Positions 8,512 through 18,502 of a DNA stretch of 64,000 nucleotides are shown here, one piece after another. Position 1 is the first letter of the stretch, and each line of letters opens with the position of its first letter. This stretch comes from Parcubacteria group bacterium (GTDB lineage: Bacteria; Patescibacteriota; Minisyncoccia; JACPHC01), in the NCBI GenBank assembly GCA_016188775.1, contig JACPHC010000006.1, positions 618-64,617 of the forward strand. The letters run 5' to 3'. A program made the position numbers and the translations under genes. The notes beneath the pieces are model-generated. The model made no database searches. It was not told where the DNA came from and was given only the letters and a program-made list of their open reading frames with translations.

Positions 8512-10535
8512 AAAAACTCCTCACAATTATATTAATTTTTTCTCTCATCGTTTCTTCTTTTATTTTCAGCTTTCAAAAAACTTACGCTGGAGAACCTGTG
8601 ACCGATCCCCTCACTGAATTTATGACAGGTCTCACGTCTTTTGTAACAACTGTCTCGTCAATATATGACCAGATAGCTAACGAAGATAGCATTTTTGCCA
8701 CAGCGGCTAAATACGCATTATTGGTAGCTGGAACGCTTATTATGAACCAGATAACTAATGATATGATAAATTGGATTAACAACGGATTTGACGGCAAGCC
8801 GGGTTTTGTTCAAAATCCTGAAGGATTAATTAAAAAAGTCGGAGACCAAGCGGCCGGTTCTATTTTAACGACTCTGGCCGGCAATCAACTCTGCGAGCCG
8901 TTCAAATTAAATATTCAGATACCGTTGCAGGAAGTCTCGTCTTTTAACGATGAAGTTCAATGCACCCTCACGAAAATAGTTGAAAATATTGATTCTTTTT
9001 ATGACGATTTTTCAACCGGCGGCTGGCTCGCTTGGGTTCATTTAACCAAACCGCAAAATAACGCCATTAGCTCTTATTTAATGATCCAAGATGAATCGGC
9101 GCGCCAAGAGAGCAAATCCACAAAAAATACTTTTGACGAAATAAACCGCAATCAAGGATATTATTCCGTCAAAGAATGCAGCGCGAGCTTTGATTCTATA
9201 GATGTCCCCACCGGAGAAAAAAACGGAGTCAGAACGTTAACCGGTAAAACCCAAGAGAATATCTGGGATCAAGTCGCTAAAGCTGTCACTGATAGCGGCG
9301 GTGAAACGGTTTATCGCATAAAAGGTGAAATTCAATGTTCAACTAAAACTCCGGCGCAAGTTGTTTCAGGCACCTTAAATGAAACTATTACCGGAGGAAA
9401 TAAAATAATGCAACAATCAATATCCGATTTAACCGCGTCTTTAGGACTGCAAGGCAGTTTTTTTCAACCATTTATTACAGCGATGTTGAACGCCTTAATT
9501 AATAAAGGCGTTATGGAAGGATTGGCCGCGGCCCAAACAGCTTTAACCAACACGGAATCTTCGCCAATTAACTCTGTTCCCTCCGACGAAGCGGTTGATG
9601 ACTCTACTTTAGTAGACACAACCAGATCCGATATAGCCCAAGTTGAAAGCATTAAAAGATCCCTTAATCCGGGTTTAAAACAACAACTTTCATTAGTCTC
9701 TGACGCTTTAATTCCCGCAATTGATGTGGCCGGCCAAATTCAACAAACCGAAATTAATATATTAGAAACTGAAGGAAAAATGGCCGCTATAAACGAGGCT
9801 TTAGTTAAAGGCGGTCGAGCCGCGTCCTGCGTTTTTCCAACTGATACTACTGACAGAACAATTACCACTATTATAACTTCTACCAATGCCACTTATCCCA
9901 ATGCCACTGCTCTTGATGATAAAATGGCAAGAACTATAGACGTTAATGTTACTGACAGTAAATATGGAAAAGGAACGCCAGCTACAACTTTGCGTATTAT
10001 CACCGCCACTGCTCAAACAACCGATCTCTTCGGCAATACTTTTGTTAATGTAGGCGTCAATTCAGTGACAGCAATTTCGTCTCCTCAATATCAAACTCCT
10101 ATTGACGCTGCGCTTAGCAATTATACCACTGAAAAAACCAGCGCTGATAACGCTTTAAATAATATTGATCCGACAATGACTAGTCTTCAAATTTATTTAG
10201 ACAACGCTGATTCATTTATTGAAATTGGCAACGCCAATGTTCAAGCCGGGACCACAATTGCCCAATCTGACAAAGATACGCTCCAGCAAAATAAAGATAA
10301 TGCCCTTAATAGTCTAGCGCCGATTATAAGCCCAGAAACTGCCAATGATTTTTCCAGTTATAATTCAAAAATTTCCGATTTAAACGTGGAGACGTTTGAC
10401 CGCGCCGACAATATTAATCGCGAAGTCGGCTCATCCAGTTCAACCGATCCCCTAACTCTTTACGGACAATTAAACGACGCCAGCGGCGCTCTCGCTTCAA
10501 TTCAATCTTCTTACGCCGCTTGCGCCGCCTTTTAA
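8508..10535 (+). CDS. Large secreted protein of the T4SS-like cluster
   Basis: Signal peptide (QKTYA); WINNGFDGKPGFVQNP and GGWLAW motifs; paired Cys; Thr/Ser-rich C-terminal half. Confidence 0.8.
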   Translation: MKKLLTIILIFSLIVSSFIFSFQKTYAGEPVTDPLTEFMTGLTSFVTTVSSIYDQIANEDSIFATAAKYALLVAGTLIMNQITNDMINWINNGFDGKPGFVQNPEGLIKKVGDQAAGSILTTLAGNQLCEPFKLNIQIPLQEVSSFNDEVQCTLTKIVENIDSFYDDFSTGGWLAWVHLTKPQNNAISSYLMIQDESARQESKSTKNTFDEINRNQGYYSVKECSASFDSIDVPTGEKNGVRTLTGKTQENIWDQVAKAVTDSGGETVYRIKGEIQCSTKTPAQVVSGTLNETITGGNKIMQQSISDLTASLGLQGSFFQPFITAMLNALINKGVMEGLAAAQTALTNTESSPINSVPSDEAVDDSTLVDTTRSDIAQVESIKRSLNPGLKQQLSLVSDALIPAIDVAGQIQQTEINILETEGKMAAINEALVKGGRAASCVFPTDTTDRTITTIITSTNATYPNATALDDKMARTIDVNVTDSKYGKGTPATTLRIITATAQTTDLFGNTFVNVGVNSVTAISSPQYQTPIDAALSNYTTEKTSADNALNNIDPTMTSLQIYLDNADSFIEIGNANVQAGTTIAQSDKDTLQQNKDNALNSLAPIISPETANDFSSYNSKISDLNVETFDRADNINREVGSSSSTDPLTLYGQLNDASGALASIQSSYAACAAF

Positions 10536-10547
10536 ATTAGAAAATTA

Positions 10548-10666
10548 ATCCCGTTAAAAATCGCGGATACGTAATTAAAATATGATATATATAAAAAATA
10601 AAATTTATAAATAATAAAATAGAGCCTCGGATGCTTTTTGCGCCCGCATTCTATTTTTAACGGGAT
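10548..10666. repeat. MITE-like element with 14-bp terminal inverted repeats
   Basis: ATCCCGTTAAAAAT ... ATTTTTAACGGGAT. Confidence 0.7.
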
Positions 10667-11387
10667 GAAAAAATTTTTTCTTACAATTTTCATTTCTTTG
10701 TTAATGCCTTTTTTAACATTGGCTATCGTAGCTAAATCAAAACCTCAACTTAATCAGCCGCTTCAAATCATTCTTTCTTGGACGGTTCCCTCTTCAATAC
10801 CTTCTCTTTACAAAGGCCGAGCCTTGCCGACTTTAAATTCATTTGTCCAAGTCAATGCCGATGCAATAAATGGAACGGATAAAAAAGAAAATCTCATCTT
10901 TAAATGGTTTGTTGATAACGACTATCAGCCTTTAGTTTCGGGCCGAAATAAAAATAATTTTAAATTTCAAATTAAAAAAGGGGTGGACGACCTTTATAAT
11001 ATCAAGCTGGAACTTCGCAAAACCGACTCCAGTCAAACGCTCTTGGCGACCAAAAATATTTTTATTCCCATCACCAATCCGGAAATTATCTTTTATAAAT
11101 TAAATAATGAAACGGCGATTAATAAAGAAATAAATATGTCCATTGGCCAATCTATTGATATAACAGCTGAACCTTATTTTTTCAACTCGCCGAAAGGAAA
11201 TTTAAAATATGAATGGACGATAAACGGAGGAAAAGCGAAAACGGAAAAACCGGATATTTTGAATTTAACGGCTCCGGAAGGAAAACTGCTCTCTCCGGTC
11301 TTAAAATCCATTGGGCTTAAAATCAGCAAAACCTTTTTTCCGGCCCAGCAAACGGAAGAATCTTTTAATTTAAAAATTTCCCAATGA
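10665..11387 (+). CDS. Secreted protein with two Ig/PKD-like domains
   Basis: Signal peptide MKKFF...; PSLYKGRALP; duplicated FKWFVD / YEWTING beta motifs. Confidence 0.7.
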   Translation: MKKFFLTIFISLLMPFLTLAIVAKSKPQLNQPLQIILSWTVPSSIPSLYKGRALPTLNSFVQVNADAINGTDKKENLIFKWFVDNDYQPLVSGRNKNNFKFQIKKGVDDLYNIKLELRKTDSSQTLLATKNIFIPITNPEIIFYKLNNETAINKEINMSIGQSIDITAEPYFFNSPKGNLKYEWTINGGKAKTEKPDILNLTAPEGKLLSPVLKSIGLKISKTFFPAQQTEESFNLKISQ

Positions 11388-12271
11388 AAAAAATCATTAT
11401 TGTTGTTATATTTTTAGTTTTTTTCGTTAATTTAGCTCAAGCGGTTGAATTGACCTATCCGTCCGTTGGGCAAGGCATAACCACTCCCGCCGGCGCCACC
11501 AGCGATTTAGGAAATTATCTCGCATATGTTTACACTCTCGGCTTAGGCGCTTCCGGCATTGCCGCTTTGGCAATGATTGTCTGGAGCGGCATCAAATATA
11601 TGACTTCGGAAATTGTCACTTCCAAAGAAGAAGCGCGCAAAGATATTCAAGCCGCTCTTTTTGGACTGGCTTTGCTTCTGGGCGCTTATTTGATCTTAAA
11701 CACCATTAATCCTAATTTAGTCAGCTTAACTAATCCTGAGCTTGAAAGGCCGGCTGCGGTTCAAGGATATTGCGGCACGTCCGGACAAAAACAATCTGAA
11801 TTTACTCCGCCAAGTTGTTGCTCTGGCTATCAATCTGATAATGAAGGTATATGTAGATACGTCGGTCTAACTGAAGGCAGCGCTTGCCCTGCCACGATAA
11901 CAAACGGCGTTAACTGCTCAAGCGACCAGGTTTGCTCTAATAACAAATGCAAAGTTAAAGCATCATTCAATGAAACCTGCAGCGATGTGAAAAATAGTTC
12001 AGATTGCCTTTCAGGCCTCACCTGCATATCAACAGGGATAATTGGCGGTAATTGTCATAAGCCAACGGGCCAAAGAGTCGAAAGCGAATATTGCGGAGAT
12101 AATATTAATAGTTGCGGTTCCGGATTAAAATGTTCTGCCGGTATTTGCGTGGTCAGTACTTCTACCACAGCAAAAACAACTAACGAAGCCTGCACCAGTG
12201 GTCCTGAATGCCAAAGCAATCGATGCGAATACCCTGATAGCAGATCAACTAGTAGAACGTGCCAACCTTAA
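11384..12271 (+). CDS. VirB2/TrbC-type pilin with 20-Cys C-terminal extension
   Basis: Pilin signature MIVWSGIKYMTS...EEARKDIQAALFGLALLLGAYLILNTINPNLV, then five 4-Cys modules. Confidence 0.85.
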   Translation: MKKIIIVVIFLVFFVNLAQAVELTYPSVGQGITTPAGATSDLGNYLAYVYTLGLGASGIAALAMIVWSGIKYMTSEIVTSKEEARKDIQAALFGLALLLGAYLILNTINPNLVSLTNPELERPAAVQGYCGTSGQKQSEFTPPSCCSGYQSDNEGICRYVGLTEGSACPATITNGVNCSSDQVCSNNKCKVKASFNETCSDVKNSSDCLSGLTCISTGIIGGNCHKPTGQRVESEYCGDNINSCGSGLKCSAGICVVSTSTTAKTTNEACTSGPECQSNRCEYPDSRSTSRTCQP

Positions 12272-12277
12272 TAGACT

Positions 12278-12676
12278 ATGCAATTTCAAGTCCCCCAATT
12301 CATTGAAGTGGAAGATAAAATCATCGGCCCTCTCACGCTCAAACAATTTCTTTATATCGCCGCTCCCGTAGGCTTTACTTTTCTTTTAAAATTTTTCTTA
12401 AGTCTGCCGTTTATGATTCTTTTAGGCGGGCCGACCGTGCTTTTCGGTTTCGCTCTGGCGTTTTACAAACCCGGCGGCCGGCCTTTTATCGTAATGATAA
12501 AATCTTTTTTTAATTTTCTGTCCAAGCCCCGTCTTTATATGTGGCAGCATCCGCGAACAAAAGAAATCACTCTGGAAAAAGAACTTATTCCCCAAACTAA
12601 AAGATTAAAAGAGCAAAAATGGAAATTGAACATATTTTCCGCCAAAGGCGGATCCGCCTCTGGCGGGAAAAAATAA
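12278..12676 (+). CDS. prgI: PrgI family protein (VirB3-like)
   Basis: MQFQVPQFIEVEDKIIGPLTLKQF, two TM, GRPF, PRLYMW. Confidence 0.9.
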   Translation: MQFQVPQFIEVEDKIIGPLTLKQFLYIAAPVGFTFLLKFFLSLPFMILLGGPTVLFGFALAFYKPGGRPFIVMIKSFFNFLSKPRLYMWQHPRTKEITLEKELIPQTKRLKEQKWKLNIFSAKGGSASGGKK

Positions 12677-12798
12677 ATTTTGACAATTTGTTATTTAAAT
12701 TAAAATTAAAGTATGGCACCCGCCTTCGCTAAAAGCTTCGGCGGATGCTCATAATTGTAGCGAAATTTATTTCGCTATAATTATAAATTTCGACAATT

Positions 12799-13449
12799 AT
12801 GGCAAAACCTGAAGCGTCGACTCAACAATTTGTTATAATAGATCAAATCCGCGATAACGTGGTGTTTTTAAAAGACGGACAAATGCGCGGAATTTTAGCC
12901 GCCTCTTCTCAAAATTTCGCCCTAAAAACCGAAGAAGAACAGCAAGCGACTCTTTATCAATTCCAAAATTTTCTAAACACTTTGGATTTTTCTTTGCAAA
13001 TTGTCGTTCATTCCCGCAAATTGGATATCGCTCCTTATCTTTCCTATTTGGAAGAGGCGACCAGAAAAGAAGACAACGAACTGATGAAAATTCAAACACA
13101 AGAATACACGGAATTTATCCGTTCTTTTGTCCAAGGCTCAACGATTATGACTAAAAGTTTTTATGTTGTGGTGCCATTCGCTTTACTGGCCGGCGCGAAA
13201 AAAACCGGCGGAATTTTGAGCCTTTTCAAAACCGCGGCTGCTCCGGCCAAAACCTTGGCTAAAATGTCCGAAAAAGAATTCCAGGCTTATAAAAACCAGC
13301 TGGATCAAAGAATGGATCAGGTGGCGGCCGGGCTGACCAGGACCGGCACTCGGACCATTTCGCTCGACGCCGACAGCCTGACGGAACTTTTTTATGAAAT
13401 TTATAATCCCGGCGAAGTCAAACAAAAACCGAGAGAAATACCGGAGTAA
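12799..13449 (+). CDS. TraC/VirB4 N-terminal-like accessory protein
   Basis: NFALKTEEEQ, FQNFLNTLDFSLQI, FYVVVPF, LFYEIYNP; lies between prgI and virB4. Confidence 0.75.
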   Translation: MAKPEASTQQFVIIDQIRDNVVFLKDGQMRGILAASSQNFALKTEEEQQATLYQFQNFLNTLDFSLQIVVHSRKLDIAPYLSYLEEATRKEDNELMKIQTQEYTEFIRSFVQGSTIMTKSFYVVVPFALLAGAKKTGGILSLFKTAAAPAKTLAKMSEKEFQAYKNQLDQRMDQVAAGLTRTGTRTISLDADSLTELFYEIYNPGEVKQKPREIPE

Positions 13450-13485
13450 TGAATGGACATATAATAAAAATATTCTACAATCGAA

Positions 13486-13567
13486 GTCATTGCGAGGCGA
13501 TTAAATCGCCGAAGCAATCTCTCGACAATTGAGATTACTTCGTCGGCTTATGCCTCCTCATAATGAC
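13486..13567. repeat. REPIN-like inverted pair (family A)
   Basis: GTCATTGCGAG...GAAGCAATCTC ... GAGATTACTTCG...CTCATAATGAC. Confidence 0.85.
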
Positions 13568-13668
13568 AAACAAATTATTTATTTGATTTGAGAATAGTAA
13601 TAGTTACTTATAGGATATTTGGCGAATGCATAATAATGCTATCAAATCTCACAATTAAAATTTGAACC

Positions 13669-15444
13669 ATGACTAATAATACTGAAACAATCCTAACTGA
13701 AGGAACGGTTTCAATCAAAGATATTATCGCCCCTTCGGCTCTGGAAGTTAACGCCAATTTTATAAAAATCGGCGGCAAAATCGCCCGCACTTTTTTTGTT
13801 ATTTCCTACCCAAAATTTTTAACCACGAATTGGCTTTCGCCGATTATAAATCTGGATAAAATTTTGGATGTTTCTTTATTTTTTCACCCGGTTGACACCG
13901 CTATAGTTTTAAAAAACCTCCGCAAAAAAGCCGCCCAAGTCGAATCCCAATTAATGGCTCGGGAAGAAAAAGGCCAAACCCGGGATCCGGTGCTGGAAGC
14001 CGCCATTGCCAACATTGAAGAATTAAGGGATCGGTTGTCGCAGGCCACGGAAAAACTTTTTAAATTTGGACTTTATTTTACTTTATGGGGAGAATCTTTG
14101 GAAGAATTGGAAAAAACAGAAAATGAAATTCGGACAATGCTGGAAGGCCGACTGATAATGACCAAAACAGCCACTTATCAGCAGGAAGAAGGATTTAATT
14201 CAGCTCTGCCAACCAATGACGACCAACTCCAAATCACTATGCCTATGAACACCGACACCATTTCCAGCGCTTTTCCTTTTGTTTCTTTTGACCTAACTTC
14301 CAATAAAGGCATACTTTACGGCATCAACCGGCACAATAACAGCCTGATAATTTTTGACCGGTTTTCTTTGCCTAATTACAACTCTCTGATTTTTGCCACC
14401 TCGGGCGCGGGCAAATCTTACACCACCAAACTAGAAGTTTTGCGAGCAATGATGCTGGGCTCGGACGTGATGATTTTAGATCCGGAAAATGAATACGAAT
14501 ATCTATCCCAGACAGTCGGAGGAAGTTTTTTTCGCATATCTCTGACGTCTAAACATCATATTAATCCTTTTGATCTGCCAAGACCGCGATCGGACGAAAA
14601 TCCGGCTGATGTTTTAAGATCCAATATTATTAATCTGGTCGGCCTGCTTCGCATTATGCTGGGCGGCCTGAGCCCGGAAGAAGACGGCTTGATTGACCGG
14701 GCCATCACTGAAACTTACGCCGCGCGAAACATTACCGTGGAAAGCGATTTTTCCAACGCCGAGCCGCCTTTGATGTCCGATCTTCAAACAGTTTTAGAAA
14801 GCCTGGAAGGCGGAAAAAATTTAGCCACGAGACTGGAAAAATACACCCGAGGCAGTTACGCCGGATTTCTTAATCAGCCGTCCAATGTTGATATCGGCAA
14901 CCGCCTGGTTGTTTTTTCTATTCGGGATATGGAAGACGAGCTCCGTCCAATCGCGATGTATATTATTCTCCATTTCATCTGGAACGAAATCCGTCGGGAA
15001 ATTAAAAAACGAATTTTAATAGTGGATGAAGCCTGGGTTTTAATGAAACATGAAGACGGCGCTTCTTTCCTTTTTGGGATTGCCAAAAGAGGAAGGAAGT
15101 ATTATTTGGGACTTACCATTATCACGCAAGACGTGGCGGATCTTATGAATAGCCCTTACGGTAAGCCCATTGTCACCAATTCCTCTATGCAACTTTTGTT
15201 AAAACAATCGCCGGCCACGATTGAAACGGTTGTTAAAACATTTAATCTGACGGATGAAGAAAAATTCCTGCTGCTGGAATCAAACGTCGGGGAAGGAATA
15301 TTTTTTGCCGGACTCAAGCACGCGGCTATAAAAGTAATCGCCTCCTACGCCGAAGATCAAATTATCACATCGGATCCTTCTCAACTACTGGCGATTCAAA
15401 AAGCCAAAGAGCAATTAGTCCAAGCTGAAGAAAAAGTGATTTAA
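13669..15444 (+). CDS. virB4: VirB4-family T4SS ATPase
   Basis: Walker A ATSGAGKS, ILDPENEY, INPFD, Walker B LIVDEAW, RGRKY, ITQD. Confidence 0.92.
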   Translation: MTNNTETILTEGTVSIKDIIAPSALEVNANFIKIGGKIARTFFVISYPKFLTTNWLSPIINLDKILDVSLFFHPVDTAIVLKNLRKKAAQVESQLMAREEKGQTRDPVLEAAIANIEELRDRLSQATEKLFKFGLYFTLWGESLEELEKTENEIRTMLEGRLIMTKTATYQQEEGFNSALPTNDDQLQITMPMNTDTISSAFPFVSFDLTSNKGILYGINRHNNSLIIFDRFSLPNYNSLIFATSGAGKSYTTKLEVLRAMMLGSDVMILDPENEYEYLSQTVGGSFFRISLTSKHHINPFDLPRPRSDENPADVLRSNIINLVGLLRIMLGGLSPEEDGLIDRAITETYAARNITVESDFSNAEPPLMSDLQTVLESLEGGKNLATRLEKYTRGSYAGFLNQPSNVDIGNRLVVFSIRDMEDELRPIAMYIILHFIWNEIRREIKKRILIVDEAWVLMKHEDGASFLFGIAKRGRKYYLGLTIITQDVADLMNSPYGKPIVTNSSMQLLLKQSPATIETVVKTFNLTDEEKFLLLESNVGEGIFFAGLKHAAIKVIASYAEDQIITSDPSQLLAIQKAKEQLVQAEEKVI

Positions 15445-15455
15445 AAAAATAATTT

Positions 15456-16580
15456 ATGTCTAGACGCAATCTAATAATTTTAATATCGGCGGTGATTTTG
15501 ATAATAATAACTATTATTTTAATCCTGACAGTTTTTTTGCGCCGGCCCGGCCCATTACCAACGCCCGCGCCTTCAGGAGGGGGGTTTATTATCCCCGAAG
15601 AACCGACTCTTCCAACGGTTTCTAAAGAAAAGGTTCGCGCTTTGAGCGAAAATCCGGCCGGCGCTTTGCATATAGTCAATGATCGGCCGCGATTCTGGGA
15701 TAAAGAAACCGGCTTCATTTTCGAAACCAGCCCTGACGGCGCCGAACCAAAAAGAATTTCTCGCGATCAACTGGCCGATGTTGTCAATATCCTGCCGCTT
15801 TCCGACAATGAAAAAATTGTTTTGGCGGAGAAAGAAAATAACCAAATAAAATATTCAATCTACAACCTTGTTTCTGGGACAAAAAATCTTCTGCCAAACG
15901 GGATTAAATCAATCGCCGTTTCACCAGACGGGAAAAAAATCGCTCTCTATTTAACTGACGGCCAAAAAAATAAACTGGTTATTACCGACGCGGACGCCAT
16001 AAACGCTAAAACAGTCGCGGAACTTAACCTGGATAAAATAAATCTCTCCTGGACCAACGCCAATATGATTTTAATGGCTGAACCGGCCTCAGGTCTGGCC
16101 TCAAGCAGTATTTTAAGTTTTAACGCGGAAAAAAAGCAACCGGATTTGATTGTTGATAATTTATTCGGACTGGAAGCTATTACCTCTTCTGATTTCTCAA
16201 AAATGATTTATTCAAAAACTAATCAAGCCGGCGGCGGCCTTTCTCTTAATCTTCTGGATTTAAGCACAAGAGAAGCGAAAAGCCTGGCTATCGGCACTTT
16301 CGCTTCCAAATGCGTTTTTTCGAAATCTAATCGAGAAATTTTTTGCGCCGTTCCGTCTGAACTGAAATCTTCAATATTGCCGGATGATTACTATAAAGGA
16401 ATATTGAGAACCAATGATTCTTTATTTAAAATCAACCTGGAAACAGCGGAATTTAGCGAAATAATAAACGGCTTTGAACGTCCGTCTTTCGATATTGTCA
16501 AACCTCTTTTAAATTCGTCAGAAGACTTTTTATTCTTTATAAATAATTTGGACGACAAGCCTTACTCAATTAAACTTTAA
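15456..16580 (+). CDS. Membrane-anchored TolB/WD40-like beta-propeller protein
   Basis: N-terminal TM, Pro linker, AVSPDGKKIA repeat, KCVF...FCAVP, LPDDYYKG. Confidence 0.75.
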   Translation: MSRRNLIILISAVILIIITIILILTVFLRRPGPLPTPAPSGGGFIIPEEPTLPTVSKEKVRALSENPAGALHIVNDRPRFWDKETGFIFETSPDGAEPKRISRDQLADVVNILPLSDNEKIVLAEKENNQIKYSIYNLVSGTKNLLPNGIKSIAVSPDGKKIALYLTDGQKNKLVITDADAINAKTVAELNLDKINLSWTNANMILMAEPASGLASSSILSFNAEKKQPDLIVDNLFGLEAITSSDFSKMIYSKTNQAGGGLSLNLLDLSTREAKSLAIGTFASKCVFSKSNREIFCAVPSELKSSILPDDYYKGILRTNDSLFKINLETAEFSEIINGFERPSFDIVKPLLNSSEDFLFFINNLDDKPYSIKL

Positions 16581-17022
16581 TCACGGGTTTAATAATAACA
16601 TAACGCTCCGGCTCATTTCCTTCGCTTTCGGTTGTCAAATCAACTTCTCCGGCCAGCGCCAAATGAGCCGTTCTTCTCTCATAAGCGGACATTGAAGGCA
16701 AAGCAACGACTTTTTTAAAAAAGCGCGCTTCTTTCGCTTTTTCCAAAACCATTTCTTTAATCTCTTTCTCTCTGAATTCGCGCCAATTATTCACGTCAAT
16801 TATAAATGAAGGAGCTTCGCCCATCCGTTTCCGAATCACCAGATAAATCAGGTGATTAAAAGCCGCCAAAACTTCCGGCTTATTATTTGTCCAGCGATCG
16901 AGATCGCCGATAAAAATATTATATTTATTTTTATCGGCGTCTTGAGATAATTCAATCGTATGCTCAAAGCCCAAAACATTGATAAATTCTCTGATTAAAT
17001 TTTTTAATTGGTCTTCGTTCAT
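16570..17022 (-). CDS. jag: Jag/KhpB (R3H domain) RNA-binding protein, short form
   Basis: IIDVNNWRE, LPSMSAYERRTAH, TESEGNEPERY; syntenic with yidC. Confidence 0.9.
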   Translation of the reverse strand: MNEDQLKNLIREFINVLGFEHTIELSQDADKNKYNIFIGDLDRWTNNKPEVLAAFNHLIYLVIRKRMGEAPSFIIDVNNWREFREKEIKEMVLEKAKEARFFKKVVALPSMSAYERRTAHLALAGEVDLTTESEGNEPERYVIIKPVIKV

Positions 17023-17141
17023 CTCGCACGATGCAGATCGCGATCGAAAGACGCAATCCGCTTGTATTAATTTTTTATAATTTCAAATTTATAATATTCG
17101 CGTATATCCCGAGAAGAAGCGATCGCGACTTCGTACGGGAT
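17021..17141. repeat. MITE-like inverted-repeat element
   Basis: ATCTCGCACGA..TCGCGATCG ... CGATCGCGAC.TCGTACGGGAT imperfect terminal IR. Confidence 0.6.
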
Positions 17142-17151
17142 AAAACTAAAT

Positions 17152-17898
17152 TCAATTCTTCTGTATTTTAGATTCTAGATTCTGATTATTGACGTGTTTT
17201 TCTTTATAAGGAAACCGTAAGGACAGATACTGCTGTAAAATAGCAAAGAGATTAAAAGTTGTCCAGTAAAGAGCAATAGCCGCTGGCCAAGATAAAGAAA
17301 TAAAGCCGATCAGGGCCGGAAAAACATAGACCATCTGTTTGTTTAATATATTGGAAAGATCGCCGGGGCTGGTGGTTTTTTGATCTTTCGGCAACATCAT
17401 TTTTGACTGCCAAAATTGAGAAACGCCGGCTAAAGCCGCGAGCGCTATATTGCGAGTCTGACTCAAATCAATAAAGCCGAGAAAAAGGGGATTGATTTGA
17501 CCCGGATTTTTCACGAAATCGTACAAAAAATTTAAAGAAGACTGATCAAGTCCGACGCGAAAAACCTTCAAAAGAGCGAATAAAACCGGAATTTGAATCA
17601 AAATAGTTAAAAAACCGGAAAAAGGATTAACTCGATGTTCTCGATAAAGATTGAGCAATGCCCGGCTTTGTTCTTCTTTGCTTTCTTTAAAATTTTTTTG
17701 AATTTCCTTAATTTTCGGCTGCAGCAAAGTCATTTCTCTTTGTGACTTTAACGCTTTTTGAGAAAGAGGATAAAGAATCAAACGGACAAAAATTGTCAGT
17801 AAAATAATTGCCACGCCAATATCGGGAACAAGGTCGTAAAAAAATATTAATAAATTAAATAGCGGCAGAAAAAGAAAATTATTGAATAATGAAGACAT
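17152..17898 (-). CDS. yidC: Membrane protein insertase YidC
   Basis: GVAIILLTIFVRLILYPL, LQPKIKEIQ, LIQIPV, LYW motifs. Confidence 0.95.
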   Translation of the reverse strand: MSSLFNNFLFLPLFNLLIFFYDLVPDIGVAIILLTIFVRLILYPLSQKALKSQREMTLLQPKIKEIQKNFKESKEEQSRALLNLYREHRVNPFSGFLTILIQIPVLFALLKVFRVGLDQSSLNFLYDFVKNPGQINPLFLGFIDLSQTRNIALAALAGVSQFWQSKMMLPKDQKTTSPGDLSNILNKQMVYVFPALIGFISLSWPAAIALYWTTFNLFAILQQYLSLRFPYKEKHVNNQNLESKIQKN

Positions 17899-17906
17899 TT
17901 TTATTA

Positions 17907-18254
17907 TTAATTAATGATGTTATTTTGTTTTAAAATTAATTCAAAAGTTTTTTGAATATCTTTAAAATTTGCTTTGGCCGCTTCCGGAGTCAAGCTAATC
18001 ACAATATCGAAACTTTTTGAAAATGCGGATGATTTAAGAATCGCCCGAGCCGCTTCTCTCATCTTTCTTTTTAAGCGATTCCTTAAAGTTGATTTTTTAG
18101 ACACTTTGGTTGAAATAATAAAACCAAATCGGCTTTCCGGCAGATAATTCGGCGAATATCTTAAAATTAAAAAGCCGCTCTTAAAAATCCGACCGCGCTG
18201 AAAAACATTATCAAAATCTTTTTTTTCAGTTATCCGATTGCGTCGAGCTAACAT
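17907..18254 (-). CDS. rnpA: Ribonuclease P protein component
   Basis: RFGFIISTKVSKKSTLRNRLKR. Confidence 0.95.
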   Translation of the reverse strand: MLARRNRITEKKDFDNVFQRGRIFKSGFLILRYSPNYLPESRFGFIISTKVSKKSTLRNRLKRKMREAARAILKSSAFSKSFDIVISLTPEAAKANFKDIQKTFELILKQNNIIN

Positions 18255-18389
18255 TTAAACCGTGATATTCCAGCGCCCTTTTTTCTGGCGGCGTTTTAAA
18301 ACTTTTTTACCCCCGGCCCGGCTTTTTCTTTTTAAAAATCCGTGCGTCTTTTTACGTTTTTTCTTTTTAGGCTGATAAGTAATGGACAT
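18255..18389 (-). CDS. rpmH: 50S ribosomal protein L34
   Basis: Manual translation MSITYQPKKKKRKKTHGFLKRKSRAGGKKVLKRRQKKGRWNITV*; below ORF-track cutoff. Confidence 0.95.
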   Translation of the reverse strand: MSITYQPKKKKRKKTHGFLKRKSRAGGKKVLKRRQKKGRWNITV

Positions 18390-18502
18390 ATTTTAATTAT
18401 TTAATTAAGATTAGCCTAGCATTAAATTCATCAACAATCAATCCACACTTTATTCACTAAATTTATTCTTGACTATATATATTCACAGCTTATTATAAAA
18501 AT
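18390..18502. promoter_or_regulatory. rpmH-dnaA intergenic: degenerate DnaA boxes and dnaA promoter
   Basis: CAATCCACA 18439, TTATTCACT 18450, ATATTCACA 18479; TTGACT-16-TATTAT just before dnaA ATG. Confidence 0.7.
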
